A stretch of DNA of 64,000 bases, from the NCBI GenBank assembly GCA_963674735.2, contig CAXXQS010000001.1:800001-864000 (forward strand). Direction: 5' to 3'. Positions 49,853 through 57,900 of the stretch are shown here, piece by piece. The stretch is from Myxococcota bacterium. GTDB lineage: Bacteria > Myxococcota_A > SURF-8. The position numbers were made by a program, and so were the translations under genes. The notes beneath the pieces are model-generated. The model was not told the DNA's origin. It searched no databases and saw nothing but the letters and a program-made list of their open reading frames with translations. The number at the start of each line of letters is the position of its first letter. Positions within the stretch are counted from its first letter, which is position 1.

Positions 49853-50614
49853 TTAAAAGACGAATGGAATCAATGCTTTCCGATCCTTCGGGTAGTCCTC
49901 GAAGGTATCGAGGTACCACTGATGGTTGGAGCGGGCGCGCGGAGCCAGGTTGGCGGCGGTCCAAATGGCGAAGGCCAGTCCGGGCAAGGACCAGGTGGCG
50001 ATGGCCCAACCGATCCACTCCAGAATCTCCCCGAAGTAATTGGGGGCCGACAACCAGCGGTAGAAGCCGCCATGCGGGATCTTGTAGCCGGTTTCGCCGG
50101 GCTTGCGCAGATTGAAAAGGATCTGGTCCGACTGCTGATTGATGGCGAAGCCGGCGAGGAAAAGCAGCGCGCCGCCAATGAAACGCGGGTCGCTGAGCCA
50201 GGAGGCGTCGTAGTCGGGGCCCAGCCCGAAGAGCCAGCCGCCCTGCAGATAGCCGTTGATCAAGTTGAACAGTACGGCTGAGAGGGCGATCATCAGCGGC
50301 ATGGGTTTTTGCCCGCCTTTGCGCCGGAACGGGAAGATCAGCGAACGGTTGACATAATGCAGGTTCCACATGCCGTACAGCACGAAAACCGCGATACCGC
50401 CGCTGCGGTCGCCGAACAGGAAGAACAGGCCCACCACGATCACCGCCGGGATTTCCATGAGCACCCAGCCCAAGGTGGAATTGATTTGCGGGCCCCAGCC
50501 TTTTCGGGTGTGGCGGCCATAGGGAGCCGTGACGAAGAAAAGGAACGGGAACACCAGCGCGGCAACGGCCAGAAAGCCATAGACGACGTCGCGATACATT
50601 TCAGGATCAAACAT
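49853..50614 (-). CDS. 3-oxo-5-alpha-steroid 4-dehydrogenase (steroid 5-alpha-reductase) family protein
   Basis: APYGRH, GWVLMEIP, HYVNRSLIFP, SDQILFNLR..YKIP.GG, PNYFGEILEW, NLAPRA..NHQWY and RKALIPF motifs. Confidence 0.93.
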   Translation of the reverse strand: MFDPEMYRDVVYGFLAVAALVFPFLFFVTAPYGRHTRKGWGPQINSTLGWVLMEIPAVIVVGLFFLFGDRSGGIAVFVLYGMWNLHYVNRSLIFPFRRKGGQKPMPLMIALSAVLFNLINGYLQGGWLFGLGPDYDASWLSDPRFIGGALLFLAGFAINQQSDQILFNLRKPGETGYKIPHGGFYRWLSAPNYFGEILEWIGWAIATWSLPGLAFAIWTAANLAPRARSNHQWYLDTFEDYPKDRKALIPFVF

Positions 50615-51629
50615 GGACGGCCGACTCCTTTGCATTGGCCGGAACGGTCGCTTCCAGTTTGCCTTGCTCGATCCACCAGTCGTGGATGTCGCGAATACTT
50701 TCGCTCAAGGGGCGTGGCTGGTAGTTCAGGTCGCGGGCGGCTTTTTCATGGGATATTTTCGTGTTGGCGCGCAACGCTCGCAGAGATTCGCCCGTAAACA
50801 GGGGTTCCTTGTCGAACAGTTTGGCGAAGGCTTCGGCGAAGGGGGCGCTGGCACGAGCCATCCACTGCGGACAGGTAAACCAGGGCAATTTCTCGCCGCT
50901 GAGTTCGGATACCAGCTCGTAGTATTGCGTGACTGTTGCGTAGTTGCCTGAAATCAGGTAGTTTTCGCCCGTTCGACCCTGATTTTCGGCCGCGAGGGCG
51001 GCTTGGCACACATCCCGGGCGTCCACCCAATCGAAGCCCCCTTCGATCAACGATGGGAGCTTTCCCTGCGCCATGTCGAGAAAGACCTGCCCCATGCGCG
51101 AGGGCTTGTAATCGTGGGGGCCGATGACGCCGGTGGGGTTGAGAATGACGGCATCGAGGCCGCGTTCGACGGCGGCTAAAATCTGCCGTTGGCCCAACGC
51201 TTTCGAACGATCATAGGCGAGTTCGTTCTTTCCAAGCGAGAATTCCCATGTTTCATCAAGGGGTTCGCGGTTCGGGTCTTGGTGATAGGCGTGCACCGAG
51301 CTGAAATGCACCAGGCGTTTGACGCCACAGGCCAGGCAGGCTTCGGCCACGTTGGCCGGTCCCTGGATATTGATTTCTTCGACCAATCCTCCCATGGAAC
51401 CCACGATGGAAATCTGGGCGGCCAGATGAAAAACCGTTTCGGCACCCTTGAAGGCTTCGATGAGGCTGGCGACGTCGCGGACGTCCCCCTGGACAACTTC
51501 GATATCCAGACCTTCGATAGCGCGGGTGTCGTTTTTGATCATCGCGCGGACCGACCGCTTTTGTTTCAGTAAGGCCCGAACGAGGTTTCCCCCGATGTGT
51601 CCGGCGGCTCCCGTTACCACAACTGTCAT
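50607..51629 (-). CDS. Extended SDR (DFR/3-beta-HSD-like), paralog of 35579-36556
   Basis: TGAAGHIG, HLAA, YDRSK and NPTGVIGP motifs; overlaps the reductase start by 8 bp. Confidence 0.92.
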   Translation of the reverse strand: MTVVVTGAAGHIGGNLVRALLKQKRSVRAMIKNDTRAIEGLDIEVVQGDVRDVASLIEAFKGAETVFHLAAQISIVGSMGGLVEEINIQGPANVAEACLACGVKRLVHFSSVHAYHQDPNREPLDETWEFSLGKNELAYDRSKALGQRQILAAVERGLDAVILNPTGVIGPHDYKPSRMGQVFLDMAQGKLPSLIEGGFDWVDARDVCQAALAAENQGRTGENYLISGNYATVTQYYELVSELSGEKLPWFTCPQWMARASAPFAEAFAKLFDKEPLFTGESLRALRANTKISHEKAARDLNYQPRPLSESIRDIHDWWIEQGKLEATVPANAKESAVHV

Positions 51630-51692
51630 GTAAGTCCTCAACTTTCCAAGTAAATCCAGCTCAACTGTACGCGGACCGAACAGAAGATAAGC

Positions 51693-51740
51693 AACTAGAC
51701 TGACATGTCATTATATAAACTAGAATGACGTGTCAGTCAA
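51693..51740 (-). promoter_or_regulatory. Sigma-70-like promoter overlapped by two TGAC(A/G)TGTCA operators
   Basis: AACTAGA(C/A)TGAC(A/G)TGTCA repeated 25 bp apart; TTGACT and TATAAT on the minus strand (19-bp spacer). Confidence 0.65.
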
Positions 51741-51749
51741 TAGGGAATC

Positions 51750-51904
51750 GAAAATAAAAAAGCCCTCCCGAAGGAGGGCAAATGGGCTTGCGATTCAGAT
51801 TTGTTAGATTGACTTGGACTGGCGTCGGCGGCGCGCCAGAAGCAGAGGAAGCAGGAGGAAGGGAGTTCCGATGAGCGATTCGAGATCGATGGAACGACAT
51901 CCGC
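51750..51904 (-). repeat. Orphan duplicate of the 3' end (sorting signal) and terminator of the 1859-aa gene
   Basis: 51760-51904 matches 54897-55041 with 5 mismatches in 145 bp; this copy keeps the terminator T-tract. Confidence 0.93.
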
Positions 51905-51913
51905 AGGTTAAGC

Positions 51914-51945
51914 GGTCGGGCGAGGAGACCTATACCACTGTGGAT
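51914..51945 (-). repeat. Degenerate REP family A copy downstream of the DUF1566 array
   Basis: Minus strand TCCACAGTGGTATAGGTCTCC(TCG)CCCGACC resembles TCCCCCAGGTTGGTTCAGGTCTCCCGACC at 63876. Confidence 0.45.
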
Positions 51946-51969
51946 ATCCAGTACTCCCGCTAGCTCTAT

Positions 51970-52632
51970 CTACTCCCACTCACGCACGCAGCGGATGTAT
52001 AAATCGGGCCAGTCATCCTGACAGTCGATACAGTCATTTGGAGTTGGGAAGGTTGCGACAACTCCGTTACGATAATCTACGTAGTAGTAACAGAGGTATT
52101 TATTCAAATGTAAATAACGGTCGGAAGCGGCGTAGCGATCACACGGACCCTCTAACACGTTCGGCCAATAGCAATGCCCGGCCCCGATTTCCTCGCAACC
52201 TGAGCAGGCGTCGTCGCGGCACTCGAAATAATCGAGACACTCGTCCGTAATGCCACACTCGCCACCCAGCTTCGTCGTCGGGCAACCCACAATCAGGGTA
52301 CGTAACTCGGAGATGGTCGGTAAACGCCAGTCGTCATAGCCCCCGAGAGCGTACGTATCGCAGTAATCTGCATGCATATCAAAATCCGGGTAGACTTCAA
52401 TATCGTTATCATCAGCTTCAGGATTGGCCCAAAGCAAGCCGGTTTCCTCATCCAACCAGGTGTCGGCGGGTGTTTCGATTCCGGCTTCCTCATCAACGTT
52501 GCTTTCGCTTCTTTCGTTCTCGCTCGCGACGTCGCTATCGCCGTCGATGCCGTTACTGTCCTCCTCGGTGCAGGCGATCAGAATAAAGAATAGCGATGCG
52601 AAGCCCAAGATTATGGAAATAGGCGTGTTCAT
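51970..52632 (-). CDS. DUF1566 (Lcl/C-type lectin-like) lipoprotein, copy D
   Basis: Lipobox LIAC; WLDEETGLLW, GGYDDWRLPTISELRTL and terminal IRCVR motifs. Confidence 0.9.
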   Translation of the reverse strand: MNTPISIILGFASLFFILIACTEEDSNGIDGDSDVASENERSESNVDEEAGIETPADTWLDEETGLLWANPEADDNDIEVYPDFDMHADYCDTYALGGYDDWRLPTISELRTLIVGCPTTKLGGECGITDECLDYFECRDDACSGCEEIGAGHCYWPNVLEGPCDRYAASDRYLHLNKYLCYYYVDYRNGVVATFPTPNDCIDCQDDWPDLYIRCVREWE

Positions 52633-52654
52633 TTCGGCCTCCATTTTCGCCCCG

Positions 52655-53239
52655 CTACTCCCACTCGCGCACGCAGCGGATGACAATCGTTGGAGGGTCA
52701 TCCTGGCAGCCGAATTCAAAGCATCCTTCAGGGTTTCGATAGATCGAAACACTCCCTGAATAAAAATACACAAAATAGTTGCATTCGTAGGTGTCCAAAT
52801 GCATATAGCTGTTTGATGTGGCGTATCCATAGCAGGGGCCATTCAATTCGCTTCGCAAGTAGCAATGCCCGGCCCCGATTTCCTCGCAACCTGAGCAAGC
52901 GTCGTTATGACACTCAAAGTAATCAAGGCACTCGTCCGTAGTAGTGCACGCTCCACCCGGCTCCGTCGCTGGACAGTCGACAACTAGCGTGCGTAGCTCG
53001 GAAATGGTCGGCAAGCGCCAATCGTCGTATCCCGCCAATGTGTATGTGTCGCAAAAGTCCCAATGGCTAGAAAAATCGGGGTAAGTATCGAAGACATTCT
53101 CTCCCGGTTCAGGATTGGCCCAAAGCAGACCGGTTTCCTCATCCAGCCAGGTATCGGCGGGTGGATTCGAATCGCTGCAGGCGATCAGAATAAAGAATAG
53201 CGATGCGAAGCCCAAGATTATGGAAATAGGCGTGTTCAT
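52655..53239 (-). CDS. DUF1566 lipoprotein, copy C
   Basis: Same motifs; lacks the acidic linker. Confidence 0.9.
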   Translation of the reverse strand: MNTPISIILGFASLFFILIACSDSNPPADTWLDEETGLLWANPEPGENVFDTYPDFSSHWDFCDTYTLAGYDDWRLPTISELRTLVVDCPATEPGGACTTTDECLDYFECHNDACSGCEEIGAGHCYLRSELNGPCYGYATSNSYMHLDTYECNYFVYFYSGSVSIYRNPEGCFEFGCQDDPPTIVIRCVREWE

Positions 53240-53259
53240 GTCGACCTCCATTCGCCCCG

Positions 53260-53922
53260 CTACTCCCACTCACGTACGCAGCGGATGTATAAATCGGGCC
53301 AGTCATCCTGACAGTCGATACAGTCATTTGGAGTTGGGAAGGTTGCGACAACTCCGTTACGATAATCTACGTAGTAGTAACAGAGGTATTTATTCAAATG
53401 TAAATAACGGTCGGAAGCGGCGTAGCGATCACACGGACCCTCTAACACGTTCGGCCAATAGCAATGCCCGGCCTCGATTTCATCGCAACCTGAGCAGGTA
53501 TCGTCGCGGCACTCGAAATAATCGAGACACTCGTCCGTAATACCACACTCGCCACCCAGCTTCGTCGTCGGGCAACCCACAATCAGGGTACGCAACTCGG
53601 AGATGGTCGGTAAACGCCAGTCGTCATAGCCCCCGAGAGCGTACGTATCGCAGTAATCTGCATGCATATCAAAATCCGGGTAGGCATCGTTATCATTCTC
53701 TCCCGACTCAGGATTGGCCCAAAGTAGACCGGTTTCCTCATCCAGCCAGGTATCGGCGGGTGTTTCGATTCCGATTTCGTCGTCGCTTTCGCTGCTTTCG
53801 TTCTCGCCCGCTACATCGCTATCGCTATCGCCGTCGATGCCGTGACTGTCTTCCTCGGTGCAGGCGATCAGAATAAAGAATAGCGATACGAAGCCCAAGA
53901 TTATGGAAATAGGCGTGTTCAT
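53260..53922 (-). CDS. DUF1566 lipoprotein, copy B
   Basis: Same motifs; C-terminal part nearly identical to copy D. Confidence 0.9.
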   Translation of the reverse strand: MNTPISIILGFVSLFFILIACTEEDSHGIDGDSDSDVAGENESSESDDEIGIETPADTWLDEETGLLWANPESGENDNDAYPDFDMHADYCDTYALGGYDDWRLPTISELRTLIVGCPTTKLGGECGITDECLDYFECRDDTCSGCDEIEAGHCYWPNVLEGPCDRYAASDRYLHLNKYLCYYYVDYRNGVVATFPTPNDCIDCQDDWPDLYIRCVREWE

Positions 53923-53944
53923 TTCGGCCTCCATTTTCGCCCCG

Positions 53945-54631
53945 CTACTCCCACTCGCGCACGCAGCGGATGGCAGTCGGCGGAAGGTGGTCCTGGCATT
54001 CGAATTCAAAACATCCACCGGGGTTTCGGAAAATCGAAACGCTCCCGAGATAGAAATTTACATAGTAGTTACATTCGTAGGTATCCATATGCATGTAGCT
54101 GTTTGATGTGGCGTACCAATAGCAGGGACCATTCAATCCGCTCCGCAAGTAGCAATGCCCGGCCCCGATTTCCTCGCAACCTGAGCAGGCGTCGTCGCGG
54201 CACTCGAAATAATCGAGACACTCGTCCGTAATGGTGCACGCACCGCCCGGCTCCGTCGTTGGACAGTCGGTAATCAGGCTGCGTAATTCAGAGATAGTCG
54301 GCAAACGCCAGTCGTCGAAACCTGCCAGTGTGTATGTCTTGCAATGATTGGCATGCGTATCAAAATCCGGGTAGACTTCAATATCGTTATCATCAGCTTC
54401 GGGATTGGCCCAGAGCAGGCCGGTTTCCTCATCCAGCCAGGTTTCGGCAGGGGTTTCAATTCCATTTTCTGCGTCGTCGTCGGTTTCGCTGCTTTCGTTC
54501 TCACCCGATACGTCGCTATCTCCATCGGTGCCGCTATTATGCTCGTCGCTGCAGGCGAAGAAGAATCGGAACAGAAGCAAACAGGCGAACGCGCATATAT
54601 AGCCTGAACGGGGAAACGAGAGCGTCATCAC
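53945..54631 (-). CDS. DUF1566 lipoprotein, copy A
   Basis: GGAGG RBS; lipobox FFAC; C-terminal part related to copy C. Confidence 0.9.
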   Translation of the reverse strand: MMTLSFPRSGYICAFACLLLFRFFFACSDEHNSGTDGDSDVSGENESSETDDDAENGIETPAETWLDEETGLLWANPEADDNDIEVYPDFDTHANHCKTYTLAGFDDWRLPTISELRSLITDCPTTEPGGACTITDECLDYFECRDDACSGCEEIGAGHCYLRSGLNGPCYWYATSNSYMHMDTYECNYYVNFYLGSVSIFRNPGGCFEFECQDHLPPTAIRCVREWE

Positions 54632-54857
54632 ACAGCCTCCGCAATTTACTTACACGCCTGCATCATGATGCATGTTTACCCACGATTTTGCAAGTGAAAG
54701 AATCGGCATTCGACTTAACGGCTCTGGTTGAGCTTGCCGGAACGCGGCTTCTGATGTGTACGCCAATCTGTTTTGCATCCTTTGGAGTCGAGCCAAGAGC
54801 GATTTTCCACGCTTTCCGAGAAATTCCAAGCGCCGTTTTACAGACAGCCTGCAAGTG

Positions 54858-54897
54858 AAAACCCCGCCTCGAAAGACGGGGTTTATCGGCAGCCTGA
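54858..54897. mobile_element. Possible IS1182-family-like end with hairpin
   Basis: AAAACCCCGCCTCGAAAGACGGGGTTTATCGGCAGCCTGA abuts the terminator stem; resemblance recognised from memory; no transposase in the window. Confidence 0.35.
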
Positions 54898-54940
54898 AGC
54901 CCTCCCGAAGGAGGGCAAATGGGCTTGCGATTCAGATTGG

Positions 54941-57900
54941 TTAGATTGACTTGGACTGGCGACGGCGACGCGCCAGAAGCAGAGGAAGCAGGAGGAAGGG
55001 ATATCCGATGAGCGATTCGAGATCGATGGAACGACATCCGCCACCGCCACCGCCGTTATCATCGCCATCGGTCGGATCGTCACCGTCGGTCGGATCATCG
55101 CCATCGGCCGGATCGTCGCCATCGGCCGGATCGTCGCCGTCGGCCGGATTGTCGCCATCGGTCGGATCGTCGCCATCGGTCGGATCGTCGCCATCGGTCG
55201 GATCGTCGCCATCGGTCGGATCGTCGCCGTCGGTCGGAACGTCGCCGTCGGTATCGCCGTCGGTATCGCCGTCGGTATCGCCGTCGGTATCGCCGTCGGT
55301 TTCAGCTTCGGCATCTCCGTCGATTTCGCCGTCATCGTCGCCGTCGACGACCGGAACCTCGGTCAGTTCGATGGTGAATGACGCGGACAGGCGGCTCTCG
55401 GAAAGACCGATCACCTGTGCGACCAAGCCGCTTTCGCCACTGACTTCCGCCATCTCCGCCACACCGGCCCCGGCTTCATCGGCGGCATCCATGCAGGAGG
55501 TGGCTTCGCATTGCGGTTTCAACACGAGGGCCACATCCAGCCCGCTATCCGGCGTCACCGTGACGCGGTACTGTTTTTCGGTATCGAGCGTGGCGTTGAA
55601 GAACAGGTCCGGGCCGCTCCATTCGCCGCTGTCCAGACAAGGCGCGCCGACCGCTTGGAAGGCGTGCATGCCGTCGAAGGATTTGGTAAGCGGAGAATCG
55701 AGTTGCATCGAGAAAAGGCTTTCGCATTGGTCGCCGGTGGGCGTTGCTTCGCAGGTTCCCGCAAAGCAGGACCAGGGCGGATCCGCCTGATCGTCGCAGA
55801 CGGTCCAATCGGCCAGCGCGTCGTTGACGCAGCCGCTTTGCGCATCGCAGCTATCGGCGGTACAGACGTTGCTGTCGTCACAGTCGGCATCTTGCGGGGT
55901 GTGGGAGCAATCGCCGGTTTGCGATTCGCAGCCGTCAAGAGTGCAGTCTATCTGGTCGTTGCAGTCCTTGGCGCTCCAGGCATCGCTGGCGCTATCGGAA
56001 GCGCAGACCTGGCAGAGATCCGCCGAGCTGGCGGCTTCTTCTGCGTAGCAGGCGGCATCGATCAGGCAGGTATCCTGAACCATGGTGTAGGTGCAGCCTC
56101 CCTGGCCGTTGCACCAGTCGCGTGTGCATTCCAGGCTGTCGTCGCAATCGTAGGCATCGCCCGCGCAGGTGCCCGCCTGACAGCGGTCGTTGGAGGTGCA
56201 GGCCAAGCCGTCGTTGCAGGTAGCGCTTTCGGGTTTGTTGGCCCATCCGGCCAAGGCCCAGCTGATGTCGCAATGCTGACAGCTGTTTTCGGGGTTGTCC
56301 GCGCCGTTGGCGATGCAGGTGTCGTCGATGAGACAATGGCTGCCGTCCAGGGACGTCAGGCATCCTCCGTCACCCGTGCAGGAGTCGATGGTACAATCCT
56401 TGCCGTCGTCGCAGGTGTAGCTATCACCCGCGCAAACGCCCGACTGGCAGCGGTCGGCTTGCGTGCATAATTGGCCGTCATTGCAGGTTTCGGTGCTGGG
56501 TTTGTCGCTCCAAGCCTGCTGGTCGCCGGTGGAGGCGCACCATTGGCATTCGTTGGCCGGGTTGTTACTGCCGTTGACGTAGCAAACGCCCCCGATCAGG
56601 CAGCTCCCGCTCACGATGTCGTGGTCGCAGGTGCCGTCGCCGTTGCAGGTGTCGGCGGTACAGGCGATGTCGTCGTTGCAAGTGTAGGCATCACCCGCGC
56701 AGACGCCGGCTTGGCAGCGGTCGTTTTGCGTGCAGGCCTGACCGTCGTTGCAGGTGACCGTGCTCGGGAAATTGTTCCAGGCGGTATGGCTGACACCGAT
56801 GCCGCAAACCTGACAGGAGTTCGAGGGGTTGATGTCGCCGTTCTGGTAGCATTGACCGTCGATCAGGCAGTAACTCGCTTCGATATCGAAGGTGCAGGTG
56901 CCGTCGCCGTTGCAACTGTCGGCGGTGCAATCGATATCGTCGTTGCAGACGTAGCTATCGCCGGTGCAGGCGCCGGAATCGCAGTGGTCGTTTTGCGTAC
57001 AGGCCTGGCTGTCATCGCAGGTGGCCGACGAGGGCTTGTCTGTCCAGGTCAGTTGATTCGTGCCCGCTTCACACCACTGACAATCGTTTTCGGGATTGGC
57101 GGCTTCATTTGCGTAGCAGGTTTCAGCGATCAGGCACGATCCGGCCTGGACGCCATAGTGGCAGGTGCCGTCGCCGTTGCAGGTGTCGGTGGTGCAGCTA
57201 TAGCCATCGTCACAACTATAGGCGACGCCGGTACAGACCGTATTCTCGCAGTAATCCTCTTTCGTGCAGGCGTCGTCGTCGTCGCAGACGCCCGCGGCGT
57301 TGTTGGACCAGCTTGTGACGGATTGCGAAACATCGCACTTCGCACAACTGTTTTCGGGATCGACTGTGCCGTCGTCGTAGATTTCGCCCTCGATGTAGCA
57401 GCAATCCACACAACCGAAGCGGGCCTGGGCGCGCGTGACGCCGTACTCTTCGTTGGTGTAAGCCACCAGCATCTTACCGGCGTCGTTGAACGAGACCGCC
57501 GGAGCCATTTCGTCTAAGGCGTTGGTGGAGACGGGGAAGGGACTGGCGGACATCGTCGTGCCGTTCATGAAGGTACCGAAGATATCCGTGCCGGCGTTGC
57601 GTCCGTCTTCCCAGACGACCACGAAGTCTCCATTGTGTTCGGCAATGCGCGGAGCCTGCCGCGTGGCGCTGTCATCGGCCAGCAGGATGGGGCTGGTATC
57701 GACGAGCGTTCCGTTGTTGAAAACGCGTTTCAGGTAGATGCCGCCATCTTCGAAACCGGAGTCGCTGCGCTGGTAGACGATCCAGAAAACGCCGTTGCCG
57801 TTGTAGGCGATGTCGGGGGTGGCTTTGTAGGCCGAGGTGATATCCACCTCGATCTGGGCACTGATATCCATCGGACCGCCGTTGGTCGCATCGACGCGGG

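Noticed and set aside
51970-54631. Diversity-generating retroelement targeting the DUF1566 genes
   Set aside because: There is no reverse transcriptase or non-coding template repeat in the window, and differences between copies are not adenine-specific and include many synonymous changes. A remote DGR cannot be excluded.
40280-54833. Shared 13-mer AAATTCCAAGCGC near both gene-end duplications
   Set aside because: Matches of this length are expected by chance in 64 kb, and the relative orientation and position are inconsistent.
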